This document shows positions 28,768 to 38,799 of a stretch of 64,000 bases of DNA, in pieces. The first letter of the stretch is position 1; each line of letters begins with the position of its first letter. Origin of the DNA: Desulfobacterales bacterium. GTDB taxonomy: Bacteria; Desulfobacterota; Desulfobacteria; Desulfobacterales; UBA5616. Where the stretch lies: contig JAWODC010000092.1 in assembly GCA_046483495.1 (NCBI GenBank), positions 32,001 to 96,000 of the forward strand. Reading direction: 5' to 3'. A program made the position numbers and the translations under genes. The notes beneath the pieces are model-generated. The model had not been told where the DNA came from. It searched no databases and saw only the letters and a program-made list of their open reading frames with translations.

Positions 28768-30033
28768 ATGAAGATCGCCATGATCAGTATCCATAGTTGC
28801 CCCATCGGAGAGCTCGGCACCCGAGATACCGGGGGGATGAGCGTTTACATTCGGGAACTGGCAAAGGAACTTGGAAAAAGAGGCCATCGCGTCGACATCT
28901 ATACGCGTTATCATGGTGAAGGGCATGAGCCTGTCATGCAATTGACGGAAAATGTCAGACTGTTGCATATACGGGCCGGTGGCTGTGAAGATATGCATAA
29001 ACTTGCCGTTTATCCGTACGTGCGCGATTTTGCCGAAGAGCTCGACCGAATCCGGCACATCGATAACCTTCGATACGATTTGATTCACAACCATTATTGG
29101 CTGTCGGGTCTGGTCGGCAATTATTTGGCACGATGGTGGCGCATTCCTCAGGTCACCATGTTTCACACGCTTGGCGCCGTAAAGAACACCTTGAACATCG
29201 GAGAGCCGGAACCGGAATGCCGGATTTGCAGTGAAAGGGCCCTGGTGCATGCCGGCGGCATGATTATCGCTCCGACGGCCAAGGAAAAGCATGAGATTGT
29301 CAGATACTATGGCGCGGATCCGCAGACTGTTCGTGTGATCCCTTGCGGCGTTAACCAGAAGCTTTTCCAGCGCGTAAAGCGCGAAAAAGCCAGAAATCGC
29401 CTGGGTATCGGTATGGATGAGCATGTGCTGCTCTATGTCGGCCGGGTGGAGCCTTTAAAGGGGATAGACCGGTTGATACGGACCATGGCATGGCTGAAAA
29501 AACGCATCGACGTAAAATTGCTGATCGTAGGCGGCGATGATACGGGCCATCCCCGGATGCAGCAGATGAGAACCCTGGTTCGTAAACTTGACCTCGAAAA
29601 GTGTGTAGAATTCGCCGGAAGAGCCGACCAGGAGGACCTTCCAGGCTTTTATAGTGCGGCCGATGCCCTCGTAGTGGCCTCGCTTTATGAGAGCTTCGGG
29701 CTGGTCGCACTGGAAGCCATGTCCTGTGGAACCCCGGTTGTGTCGACGGCTGTCGGCGGGATGAGAAGTATCGTTCGTCAGGGTGTAACAGGATGCCTCA
29801 TCGGCGACGACACGGTGACCGGAATGGCACAATCCATCCTGCATATTCTCGATCATCCCGAGCTTTACTCCCATCGTGCCCGAGCCATTCGAAACTCGAT
29901 TTTACGATTTTCCTGGGAGAATATCGCCGCTTCCATGGCAGACGCTTACAAAGACCTCATTTCAGGATATTCACATCGGTTCTACGGGAAGCAGCGGCGG
30001 CGGTTTTGCCTCGATTGGGCTTCCAATGGTTAA
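28768..30033 (+). CDS. mshA: MshA-like GT4 glycosyltransferase (D-inositol-3-phosphate glycosyltransferase-like)
   Basis: IAMISIHSCP..LG..DTGGMSVY, VDIYTR, DLIHNHYWLSG, HTLGAVKN, GRVEPLKG and ESFGLVALEA all parallel MshA motifs. Confidence 0.75.
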   Translation: MKIAMISIHSCPIGELGTRDTGGMSVYIRELAKELGKRGHRVDIYTRYHGEGHEPVMQLTENVRLLHIRAGGCEDMHKLAVYPYVRDFAEELDRIRHIDNLRYDLIHNHYWLSGLVGNYLARWWRIPQVTMFHTLGAVKNTLNIGEPEPECRICSERALVHAGGMIIAPTAKEKHEIVRYYGADPQTVRVIPCGVNQKLFQRVKREKARNRLGIGMDEHVLLYVGRVEPLKGIDRLIRTMAWLKKRIDVKLLIVGGDDTGHPRMQQMRTLVRKLDLEKCVEFAGRADQEDLPGFYSAADALVVASLYESFGLVALEAMSCGTPVVSTAVGGMRSIVRQGVTGCLIGDDTVTGMAQSILHILDHPELYSHRARAIRNSILRFSWENIAASMADAYKDLISGYSHRFYGKQRRRFCLDWASNG

Positions 30034-30034
30034 G

Positions 30035-30128
30035 TAGTGCCCATCCAGAAATGTTTGCTATTTTGAGGATTTCGATTTTGGGTCCAACGCAGAAATCGCG
30101 TGGCAGGGCCATTTATGGATGGACACTG
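30035..30128 (-). repeat. Internally deleted copy of the palindromic element, subfamily B
   Basis: Both TIRs present; the right part matches the copy at 40296-40441; fills the gap between two convergent stop codons. Confidence 0.85.
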
Positions 30129-30129
30129 A

Positions 30130-31041
30130 CTATCGCTTCCTTTCATACCACGGGAGCGTATCGCGGACTTTAAAACCCATGGATCGATATAACCGAACGG
30201 CCGGCGTGTTGCTGCTGTCCGTGGTCAATTCAACCGCATGAACACCCTGGTGCTTCAACCTGCAAAGCCCCGCCTGCAGGGTTGCTTTTCCCAGGCCCCC
30301 GCCTCGATATGCAGGGTTTACGCCGATCATGTGAATTCGGCCTTTTTTTGCGCGCTGCACATCGGTTTTGGTCCAGCAGTACCCTACAGGCCGGTTGCCG
30401 TCGAATGTCACCAGAATGTCATTATGGGTGCCGCCGCACGTGAGGATTTCATACCGGACCTTTTCCACTGAGTTGGGATTGAACCCCCAGCTTCCCTTGA
30501 AGAATTCGTTTTGCATCATTGTCAGGAGATATTCCTGCCCTTTTTTTAAGCTCTTCAGCCTGAACGGATGCGGATCAGGCGCCTCGATTTTCCTGTCCCG
30601 TATGTTCAGATGCAGCTCGCTGTACTGACGAATGCGTTTGAATCCGTGCGCTTCCAAGAACGATTTTCCGGCCACGTTTGACTCCGAAATATTCGCATGA
30701 GTCACGTAAAGGCCGATTTCGCGTCCGCGCAATAGGGCCTTGGTGAGCAGCTCCGAACCGACCCCGTTTCTTCGGTATTCCGGATGAACGATGATGTTGA
30801 GCAGAACTCGACCTATCGCCGCTTCAGGAGCCAACTCGCAGATCCCGATTATTTTTCGGTTTGCCAGGGCGAGAAAAATATTTTCATCCGGACGGCAGCC
30901 CGGATAGTGCAAATGTTCGGTCAGTTGACTGGAAATTACATGCACACCGGATTCATTCATGCCTGTCAAAAATTGGTAAAATGACACAAGCATGTTGAAA
31001 TCCGAAGGGCTGAAATTCCTTATTTTTTTTTGAAGAACCAT
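30130..31041 (-). CDS. mshD: MshD-like tandem-GNAT acetyltransferase (mycothiol synthase-like)
   Basis: Two GNAT domains (VHPEYRRNGVG; VGYCWTK..GRIHMIGVNPAYRGGGLG..N..AVRLYRSMGF), ~300 aa. Confidence 0.65.
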   Translation of the reverse strand: MVLQKKIRNFSPSDFNMLVSFYQFLTGMNESGVHVISSQLTEHLHYPGCRPDENIFLALANRKIIGICELAPEAAIGRVLLNIIVHPEYRRNGVGSELLTKALLRGREIGLYVTHANISESNVAGKSFLEAHGFKRIRQYSELHLNIRDRKIEAPDPHPFRLKSLKKGQEYLLTMMQNEFFKGSWGFNPNSVEKVRYEILTCGGTHNDILVTFDGNRPVGYCWTKTDVQRAKKGRIHMIGVNPAYRGGGLGKATLQAGLCRLKHQGVHAVELTTDSSNTPAVRLYRSMGFKVRDTLPWYERKR

Positions 31042-31186
31042 ATGTCGATTTTTAACCGATGATGATATATAAATATACGATGATGTGTTCGGCTATCTTT
31101 TAAAAATTGGATTTTGGTCGCAATAAATAGAAACGTAGCAATTTTTTCGGGTTTGTTCAACGAAGGATATTCAAGAGGAAAATCGA

Positions 31187-31882
31187 ATGAGTGAAGCTGC
31201 TTACGCGATGGTGATTACACCTCATCCGGATGATTCCGAATTCGGTGTGGCCGGGACGGTAGCCAAATGGACCGGTGAAGGGAAAAGCGTAATTTATGTT
31301 GTCTGCACCAACGGGAACAAAGGTACGAACGACCGGACGACGTTGCCGGAAAAGTTGGCCGAAATCAGGGAAAAAGAACAGCGGGACGCAGCAAATGTAC
31401 TGAATGTGTCCGACGTTTTTTTCCTGGGATATCCGGATCAAGGTCTGGAAGACACATCGGAATTCAGGGGCCGAATCGTCCGGCTGATTCGGCGCCATCA
31501 ACCGGAAGTCGTTGTAACATCGGATCCGTATCGCCGGTATATATGGCATCGGGATCATCGAATTTGCGGCAGAGTGGTGCTGGATGCGGTCTTTCCCTGT
31601 GCACGGGACCACTTGTCCTATCCGGAATTACTGGTGGAGGGCCTCGAGCCCCACAAAGTGAGGGAAATGCTGTTCTGGGCGGCGGAGGATATCAATTACA
31701 GGGTGGATATTACCGAAACCTTTGACATTAAAATGCGGGCGCTTCGATGCCATCGAAGCCAGGTGGGGCACCTTGCCCGGAGCGTGCTCGAGGACCGGAT
31801 GAGAAAACGGCACAGCGGTTTCGCCGAGGAGGAGGACTTCGAATTGGCCGAAGCTTTCCACAGGGTGGCGATTCCGTTTTAG
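31187..31882 (+). CDS. PIG-L/LmbE-family N-deacetylase (MshB/Mca/BshB superfamily)
   Basis: HPDD and HRDH zinc motifs; R..E...A; HRSQ. Confidence 0.88.
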   Translation: MSEAAYAMVITPHPDDSEFGVAGTVAKWTGEGKSVIYVVCTNGNKGTNDRTTLPEKLAEIREKEQRDAANVLNVSDVFFLGYPDQGLEDTSEFRGRIVRLIRRHQPEVVVTSDPYRRYIWHRDHRICGRVVLDAVFPCARDHLSYPELLVEGLEPHKVREMLFWAAEDINYRVDITETFDIKMRALRCHRSQVGHLARSVLEDRMRKRHSGFAEEEDFELAEAFHRVAIPF

Positions 31883-31899
31883 GGCATGTTGAAGCGGAT

Positions 31900-32544
31900 T
31901 CAATCCTCAGAACGCCACAACACATCCCCGCAAAGGTCCGGGGGGTGGGGCTTGGAAGAAAAGGCCCGGTATGCCTCCTTCTCTTTTCCGATACGTGTGC
32001 CCTCTCCATGGCCGGGGAATACCCGTGTTTGCTCGGGCAGTACGAAAATTTTCTCTTCGATGGAGGTCTTTATCTGCAAAAAGGATGCCGGAGACCAGGT
32101 CTTTCCGGGCCCTCCCGGAAAAATCGTGTCGCCGGATATGAGAAAAGGGGCCCGGTAAAAGCAAATGCTTCCGGGTGTGTGCCCCGGCGTGTGCAGGACG
32201 TGCAGGGTGAGATTGCCGATTCTGATATCATCACCGTGCTTCAGGAGAATGTCCGGTTGAACCGGCATTTGCCCTGCATCGGAAGCATGGGCCGCAACGG
32301 GGGCCTTTAAATCGGATTTCAACTGGGCAAGCGCCCCGGTATGGTCCATATGGTGATGCGTCATCAGAATAAACTTTGGAAATGTCTCCTGCAAAGCGGT
32401 ATGCACTTTTTGAGGTTCTCCAGGGGCGTCAACGACAGCACTTTCCTTCGTTCCCATACAGACAATGATATAAGCATTCGTGCCATAAGGACCGAGGGAC
32501 ATTCGTTTGATAAAAAAATCCTGATCTTGCGCTGCGATATCCAT
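31900..32544 (-). CDS. MBL-fold hydrolase (glyoxalase II-like)
   Basis: THHHMDH, HTPGHT, GDT and PGHG motifs. Confidence 0.9.
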   Translation of the reverse strand: MDIAAQDQDFFIKRMSLGPYGTNAYIIVCMGTKESAVVDAPGEPQKVHTALQETFPKFILMTHHHMDHTGALAQLKSDLKAPVAAHASDAGQMPVQPDILLKHGDDIRIGNLTLHVLHTPGHTPGSICFYRAPFLISGDTIFPGGPGKTWSPASFLQIKTSIEEKIFVLPEQTRVFPGHGEGTRIGKEKEAYRAFSSKPHPPDLCGDVLWRSED

Positions 32545-32632
32545 CTTTTCCTCTCGTTTAAAGAATTAAAAAAATATCTTAATTTCTCCCAATTCGAAGA
32601 AAGACACCGGCTATCTGTTCAGCTGCCTGTAG

Positions 32633-33541
32633 TTACTTGTAAAACATGGTCTGAAACCTGCCGTCCACCATCACTACGCGGGATGGATCATCTTTTCTAA
32701 ACGGCTGCTTGTAGCCTTCAATGGTGTATTCCGGATCATGTGGCAGCTTAATGGCAAAACCGGATTCGGTTGAATAGAATTGCGGTAAAATAGGGCATAT
32801 GGTTTTTTCAGCAGCAGCCTTAAAGACATGATCGATGCTTGAATAACCGCTGAGTTCTTCAATTGTTTTCAGCGTCGGCGGCATCAGCAAGATTTCCCCA
32901 CCGGCATGTTTTTCCAATGCTTCCGCAGGTGTAAGCCACAGGGATTCGACCAGTTCAACGGCATCATGCATGGGTTTTTGGTGTTCCGGCATTCGGGCGA
33001 TGAAAAAACGGGTATCGAATCGTTTGCTTTCGATTTCCGGTGTAATCCAGCGGGCATATGGCCGCAAGAGATGGAATGTAAAGAAAATCGACAGTTTCCG
33101 GGCGATATCCTGCAGTGTCAGTTCGCCGCCATGCAGTTTTTTCCGATAGTCTGTTAAATACGCCTCGATCTCCGGATTTCCTGCCGGTCCAACGCTGTTT
33201 TCAGCAAAGTCGGCCAGTAAAACGCCGGCTTCTTCAAATGTTTCCCGCACCGCAGCAAAAAACAGCCCAATGGCTTTTTCTTTATTCGTTTCCGATTCGG
33301 CAAGCAGTCCGAAGGCGTCCTCCGCGGTAAGACCCTTCATCAGCGTCAACAGGACCGGATTGCAATCCGCCGGATCCAGGGCACCCCCGGGAAAGACAAA
33401 TGCACCGCCCATAAACCGCTGTTTTTTGTGGCGGCGCATCAGGAAAAGTTCAAATGGCTGTTTTTTGTTTTCTTTGAGGAGGATAACGGTTGCGGCATCC
33501 CTGGGTTCGACGGCACTGGATGGGGTGAATTTGTTTTCCAT
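32633..33541 (-). CDS. NUDIX hydrolase (NUDT19-like)
   Basis: VFPGG, AAVRETFEEAGV and WITP...RFDTRFF motifs. Confidence 0.88.
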   Translation of the reverse strand: MENKFTPSSAVEPRDAATVILLKENKKQPFELFLMRRHKKQRFMGGAFVFPGGALDPADCNPVLLTLMKGLTAEDAFGLLAESETNKEKAIGLFFAAVRETFEEAGVLLADFAENSVGPAGNPEIEAYLTDYRKKLHGGELTLQDIARKLSIFFTFHLLRPYARWITPEIESKRFDTRFFIARMPEHQKPMHDAVELVESLWLTPAEALEKHAGGEILLMPPTLKTIEELSGYSSIDHVFKAAAEKTICPILPQFYSTESGFAIKLPHDPEYTIEGYKQPFRKDDPSRVVMVDGRFQTMFYK

Positions 33542-33545
33542 AGGA

Positions 33546-33707
33546 TTATTCGTCTTTTTCTTGAGCTTCCTTTACGGCCTGGGCTACCGTTTCAAAAATG
33601 CTTTTGAACGCTTCGGGAAAGCCTGTCGGCGAAACTCTTCCGGTTTCAATGAATTTAACGACAATTTCCTTTGTCGTCCTGAGTATTTGTTCATCTGTTG
33701 ACTTCAT
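33546..33707 (-). CDS. Small hypothetical protein (53 aa)
   Basis: GAGGA RBS; MKSTDEQILRTTKEIVVKFIETGRVSP...; stop 4 nt before the NUDIX start. Confidence 0.7.
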   Translation of the reverse strand: MKSTDEQILRTTKEIVVKFIETGRVSPTGFPEAFKSIFETVAQAVKEAQEKDE

Positions 33708-34004
33708 ACGTCCTCTTGGCTGAAAGTCTCCACAGTTCAACTCCGATTTGGAGTCCATGATGCCGGGTTCAATGGCCCTTTTCGGCGCCTTCAGGCGGTG
33801 CCGTCCAATGGGCTGAACCGAGGCGCCTTTGAATATGGATGCCGAAAATTCAATATAAAACAGATCTGATGTATTGTGTCAAGCCATGGCATTGCATCGG
33901 GAATGCTGAAGAGGAAAAAACCAACAAGTTGGCATCATAAATAGAGAACGCCCCCGGCAATATTCCGGAAGCGTTCTCTTTAGATTCGGGCCGGGTTGTG
34001 CAAA

Positions 34005-35255
34005 TTATTCAACCGGCACTTCGGTAATCGGTGTCAATTCGACCCGGCGGTTTTTCTGACGGCCTGCTTCTGTGTCATTGGGGGCGGTGGGTTTTTCCTC
34101 GCCGTACCCAACGGTGATCAAACGATCCCCTGCAATTCCCTTTTCGAGCAGATAATCCTTGACCGATTGGGCGCGTCTTTTTGAAAGCATCTGGTTGTAT
34201 TCCGCCGGACCGATGCTGTCGGTGTGCCCTCTTATTTCGAGTGCCATATCCTCTTGGCGGGTAAGGATGTCGTAAACATTGTCGAGCTCATCGGAGGCTT
34301 CGGGTCTCAGGGACGCTTTATCGAAGTCGAATAGAACCGTGGCATCGATCACCCAGCATCCGCACTCGTCAACCGTGGCGCCTTCCGGGGTTCCGGGGCA
34401 TTTATCCAGGTTGTCCGGTACGCCGTCGCCGTCACTGTCGATCGGGCAGCCGTCTTCATCCACCGCGACTCCTTCCGGTGTATTCGGGCATTGATCCTGG
34501 TCGTCGGGTACGCCGTCGCCGTCACTGTCAAGCGGGCAGCCGTCTTCATCCACCGCGACTCCCACCGGCGTATTCGGGCATTGATCCCTTGCATCGATAA
34601 CACCGTCGCCGTCACTATCCACCGGGGGTGGAGGCGCAGGCGCCGGTTCGGGTTCGGGAAGGATTTCCTCTTCCGTTTCACCGCCGAAAACCAGGGTGCC
34701 GCCAAAGGCCCAGGACCAATGGATGTCTTTGCCCTCGTCGCCCACATCGCCGAGACCATCCACGCCCATCATGTAACGGGCATCCGCCCTTATGGCGAAA
34801 CGCGGAAGTATGAAAAAATTGAACCCAAGGCCGACATTACCCAGGGCTTGGGTTTCACTGCTGCCTTTGTCCGGATTAAAGGACAGGGCGCCGAGGCCTG
34901 CGGCGATATAGGGAACGAACATGTTGTCCGGCGCCAAATGAACGAGAAGATCCAATTCATACCGGTAGACGTCGATATCACCGAGCCCCACATCGCTTTC
35001 CGGCTGCATATAGGAAAACAGTCCCTCCAATGTAAAGCTCTCGGTGATGTTGTAGCCGATACCCAGGGAAAACATATCCGGGAATTCCTCTTTATCCACC
35101 TCGAGGTCCGGATCCGTGGGATCGGGTTCGAAATTGAAGCTTCCGACCATGGGGGATATGCTCCATGCCCCTGGAATGATTTCGGCCGAACCACTGCCGC
35201 CCAGGGTGAACACAATCATCAGTACCCCTAATCCGATCACGAAAAGATGTTTCAT
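34005..35255 (-). CDS. OmpA/OprF-like outer membrane protein with thrombospondin type-3 repeats
   Basis: Signal peptide, beta-barrel, Pro-rich linker, three DSDGDGV repeats, OmpA C-domain (FDFDK, GHTD, LS.RRA, NRRVE). Confidence 0.93.
   Translation of the reverse strand: MKHLFVIGLGVLMIVFTLGGSGSAEIIPGAWSISPMVGSFNFEPDPTDPDLEVDKEEFPDMFSLGIGYNITESFTLEGLFSYMQPESDVGLGDIDVYRYELDLLVHLAPDNMFVPYIAAGLGALSFNPDKGSSETQALGNVGLGFNFFILPRFAIRADARYMMGVDGLGDVGDEGKDIHWSWAFGGTLVFGGETEEEILPEPEPAPAPPPPVDSDGDGVIDARDQCPNTPVGVAVDEDGCPLDSDGDGVPDDQDQCPNTPEGVAVDEDGCPIDSDGDGVPDNLDKCPGTPEGATVDECGCWVIDATVLFDFDKASLRPEASDELDNVYDILTRQEDMALEIRGHTDSIGPAEYNQMLSKRRAQSVKDYLLEKGIAGDRLITVGYGEEKPTAPNDTEAGRQKNRRVELTPITEVPVE
34390..34620 (-). 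repeat. 90-bp tandem coding repeats (TSP3 units)
   Basis: CGCCGTCGCCGTCACTGTC recurs at 34421 and 34511, with a variant at 34601. Confidence 0.85.
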
Positions 35256-35552
35256 ATTTTTCCTCCTTTCTCCATAATTAAATGTGTTACCATTCTCGTA
35301 CAGGAGACCTGCCTGGCATTCGAATCGGCTGCATGAAACCCGTTAAAGAGCGGTAACCGGCAGGCTGCCGGATTTATTTGTTTTCCTTCTGCGGCATACG
35401 CCCGCCATGCGGCAAGACAATCATACACTGTATAATCTTTCGTATTTATAAATAAAATACATGTATTCAAGTATTTGTCCCGTCAGAACCGAGTAAGCGT
35501 CAAGCCTGTCTGAAACGAAAATGAGTCAATTGTAAATGGATGAATCGTAAAT

Positions 35553-35702
35553 CAGCCTCGATCCAATAACGGCCAATGCACACCATTGCTGCGTCGGTCG
35601 GAAAATATGAATCCTCAAAAGACTCGGCATATTCCTGCAGTTACAATGAAATTTTCATCGCCTTGAACGGAAGCGAATTTTTCTGTTTCCGTATGGACAT
35701 AA
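35553..35702 (+). repeat. Degenerate copy of the palindromic element
   Basis: Conserved blocks AATCCTCAAAA, ATTCCTGCAGTT, CGCCTTGAAC, CGAATTTT and TGGACA in the expected order. Confidence 0.7.
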
Positions 35703-35788
35703 ATAAGGAATATCTGCACAGTCTGTTTGACAGAACGTATTGAATCATTTATTAAGAATACCACTTGTTACGTAAAGATTGAAAAGAA

Positions 35789-36190
35789 ATGGATCAGATG
35801 AATCAGATAAAAAACAATATCATATCCCCTGATCGGATTGCAAGCAATATCCTGGAAATTATTCAATATCAATACAAAACCGTCAGAGATATACACATTA
35901 CTATACGGCAGCCGGAATATACATCGGTCTGCCCCATGACGGGACTTCCGGACATGGGATGCATCACAATCGAGTACTGTCCGTCCGAATGGATTGTCGA
36001 GTTGAAGTCACTCAAGTATTATTTGCTGCAATACCGGAATGTGGGCATTTTCTATGAACATGCGGTAAATAAAATTCTGGAGGATCTCGTATCGGTTCTC
36101 AAACCGAAATGGCTGAAGGTCATCGGTGATTTTACCGCGCGTGGCGGAATAACGACTACCGTAAGGGCGGAATACAAGGAGAGACAATGA
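35789..36190 (+). CDS. queF: NADPH-dependent preQ0 reductase (type I)
   Basis: CPMTGLPD, ELKSLKYYL, YEH and RGGI motifs. Confidence 0.93.
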   Translation: MDQMNQIKNNIISPDRIASNILEIIQYQYKTVRDIHITIRQPEYTSVCPMTGLPDMGCITIEYCPSEWIVELKSLKYYLLQYRNVGIFYEHAVNKILEDLVSVLKPKWLKVIGDFTARGGITTTVRAEYKERQ

Positions 36191-37143
36191 CCTCAAAGAA
36201 TCGTAACCAAGACATTTTTCATATTATTATCCGCTGTTTCGTTTTTTTTATGGTTCCCATGCTGTTCGGGTGCGCATCGATGTCATCCCTCGTGGATACG
36301 ACGAAAAAAGTCGATATCCCGTTGATATCCTCCGGAAATGCTTACAAGAAGAAAATCGGCATACTCGCTCCGCAGTCGAATTCGAGCGATAGAGGTATGG
36401 AAACGGCCCGGCTTCTTCATGCCCGGGTAACGGAGCTTTTGTCAAAAAACGAGGGTGTTCTCATGATCGCTTATGATGACCCCGAGGCGCCGCCCTTTTT
36501 AGCTGCCCCGCCCCGCTCATCGGCCCTGAATGCCGTCGACAGTCTCATTTTGGCGGAGAAAAGCCGTCGAGAGGGATTCCTTGCCTGTGTCGGCGTAGCC
36601 GTTAAAGATGTCTCCGTTTTGGAGAAGAAAAGTGGATTCGCCTGGTTCAAAAATACCAAAGAAACGGCGCGGATCCGCATGACAGTGGATGTTTACGGAT
36701 CACGGACCGGGGCTAAAATCATGTGTGACGATTTTATCCGGGAAGTTGACCTTGAACCCGGTGAAAGGCAGAAGGTGGAAGAAGATGACTATGCAACGAT
36801 CGACAACGTCCGGGATGCCGTATCGGATGCCGGTAAAGATATCGCAAAAGCAATCGAGAAGGTGCTGAAAGATGAACCCTGGAGAGGGTTCGTCGTTGCC
36901 GTGGAAGACGGAAAGGCCGTTATTTCATCCGGATCGGAAGTCGGCATAAGCGTCGGCGATGTATTCGAGGTGCAGGATGTTTACGGCACGATTCAGGGTC
37001 CGGACGGAAACCGGTATCGCATTCCCGGCACCGCGGTCGATGAAATTGAGATTGTATCGGTTTCGGCCGGTGAATCCAGAGGAATATCGGTTCTGGAAAA
37101 ACAAATCGATGTGGGAAACACCATCCAGGTACGCCGCAACTAG
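36187..37143 (+). CDS. Lipoprotein, CsgG/FlgT-like hypothetical
   Basis: Lipobox LFGC; C-terminal G...G..VGD.FEV beta domain; ATGA overlap with queF. Confidence 0.6.
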   Translation: MTSKNRNQDIFHIIIRCFVFFMVPMLFGCASMSSLVDTTKKVDIPLISSGNAYKKKIGILAPQSNSSDRGMETARLLHARVTELLSKNEGVLMIAYDDPEAPPFLAAPPRSSALNAVDSLILAEKSRREGFLACVGVAVKDVSVLEKKSGFAWFKNTKETARIRMTVDVYGSRTGAKIMCDDFIREVDLEPGERQKVEEDDYATIDNVRDAVSDAGKDIAKAIEKVLKDEPWRGFVVAVEDGKAVISSGSEVGISVGDVFEVQDVYGTIQGPDGNRYRIPGTAVDEIEIVSVSAGESRGISVLEKQIDVGNTIQVRRN

Positions 37144-37169
37144 TGGCGGTCCATCCGGAAACGGCCGGT

Positions 37170-38168
37170 TCACTCATTCGAAGCGATACGAAACACATTG
37201 ACAGGTTTTTCCACCCCTTTGACATTCACCGGTGCAAGTGGATGATACAAAATGTTTTCATGAAGCTTTTCACAGGTGCGTTCACATATCAGGATCTCTC
37301 CGGCATTCGCCATGCTTTCCAGCCGTGAAGCGATATTGACGGCCAACCCGATGGAGGTGAATTCTTTTTTCCTCAACGAGCCGAGGATACCTGAATACAC
37401 GCATCCCGTACTGATGCCGATACCGATTCCGAGTTCCAAGCCGCTGGTTTCTTTGAGTCGATCATCGATTTCGGCTGCTTTTTCCTGCATGTTCAGAGCC
37501 GCCTGAACAGCCCTGTCCGCGTCATCTTCACCGGCAAAGGGGGAGCCGAACAGGACCATTATGGCGTCGCCGATATGTTTGTCGATGGTGCCGTTGAATT
37601 GATGGGCGATTTCCCCCATCGGGGTGAAATAGTGATTGTTGAGGAAAAAGGCGACCGCCTCGGGAGATGCTCTTCGACATAAGCCGGTAAAATTGCGAAT
37701 GTCTGAAAAGAGAACGGTGACTTCGGTCTGGGTCGGATTCAGAAGGCCGGAAGAATGTTCGAGTTGACTGTATACCGGCTCCGAGATGAATTGTCTGAGA
37801 TATTTACGAACCGTGATTTCATGTATTTTTAATTTTAACTCTCGGTTGTCGAAGGGTTTGGTCAGAAACCCGTCAATTCCCTGATTTGCTGCTGCAACAG
37901 CGGCGTCCAGTGTGGCATAGCCGGTTAGAATGATGCGTGTAACGGACGGATTTATCTCACCTATGCGGAGCAGTGTTTCGAGGCCGTCGATACCGGGCAT
38001 TTTGAAATCTGAAATGACGGTTGAAATCTTGGAAATATACTGCTTAATCATCGACACCCCTTCTTCGCCGTTTTTCGCCGAGAATTTTTCGTAAGGTTCG
38101 CGTTTCAACGCGCGCAGGATGGAGCGCCTTATGCCTTCATCATCATCGATTATTAGGATTCCCTGCAT
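37170..38168 (-). CDS. Response-regulator receiver plus class III adenylate/guanylate cyclase
   Basis: ILIIDDD, SDFKMP and TKPF (REC); FSDIRNFT, DKHIGD and VNIASRLE (cyclase). The ORF-track extension to 38594 is antisense to tatA and was dropped. Confidence 0.9.
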   Translation of the reverse strand: MQGILIIDDDEGIRRSILRALKREPYEKFSAKNGEEGVSMIKQYISKISTVISDFKMPGIDGLETLLRIGEINPSVTRIILTGYATLDAAVAAANQGIDGFLTKPFDNRELKLKIHEITVRKYLRQFISEPVYSQLEHSSGLLNPTQTEVTVLFSDIRNFTGLCRRASPEAVAFFLNNHYFTPMGEIAHQFNGTIDKHIGDAIMVLFGSPFAGEDDADRAVQAALNMQEKAAEIDDRLKETSGLELGIGIGISTGCVYSGILGSLRKKEFTSIGLAVNIASRLESMANAGEILICERTCEKLHENILYHPLAPVNVKGVEKPVNVFRIASNE

Positions 38169-38466
38169 GTGATCCTGCCGATAGTGTAACCTGAAATCAT
38201 TTCCGTTCCGAATACCGAAAATCTTGAAAAACATACCCAATAAAACGCCTTTATTAATATATATAATTACATATGTCAAGAACTGGATGGATCGGCTCGT
38301 TTCTTCTGAAAACGGAGAAACCGGACTGCCGATAACAAAATGATGAGCCCCCCATGGAATTATGGGGACGCCGTCGAAGTTTCCTTGAAGCTTATGCAGC
38401 ATCCTATCTTGACTCTTTTCAATCAAATCAGTAAGTATGATCAGACGATAAACAAGGAGAACCCCT

Positions 38467-38799
38467 ATGTTCGGTATTGGAATGCCGGAACTCATTTTAA
38501 TATTGGCTATTGCACTTATCATTTTCGGCCCGAAGAAACTTCCCGATCTGGCGAAGTCCCTTGGGAGGGCCATGAATGAATTCAGAAGAGCCACCTACGA
38601 AATCAAGGATTCGCTCGACCTCGACAGTGAGATAAAGGAGGCAAGGAAAAATATCGACACGATCAAAACCGACATCACTTCTTCCCCGACGAACCAAGGT
38701 GCACCTGAGATGAACCGCAAGGAATCCGAAAAGAACGACCCTTCCCCCTCTGCCGATTCGACTGCCGCTGATGAAAGGGATTCCAAAACAAATGGATGA
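38467..38799 (+). CDS. tatA: Twin-arginine translocase subunit TatA/TatB
   Basis: MFGIGMPEL...FGPKKLPDLAKSLG..EFR; AAGGAG RBS; tatA versus tatB not resolved. Confidence 0.85.
   Translation: MFGIGMPELILILAIALIIFGPKKLPDLAKSLGRAMNEFRRATYEIKDSLDLDSEIKEARKNIDTIKTDITSSPTNQGAPEMNRKESEKNDPSPSADSTAADERDSKTNG

Noticed and set aside
34390..34620. CRISPR-like direct repeats
   Set aside because: In-frame 90-bp coding repeats of the OmpA TSP3 region, with no unique spacers.
38169..38594. Long N-terminal extension of the adenylate cyclase ORF
   Set aside because: Antisense to tatA and its promoter region; the REC domain starts at ATG 38168.
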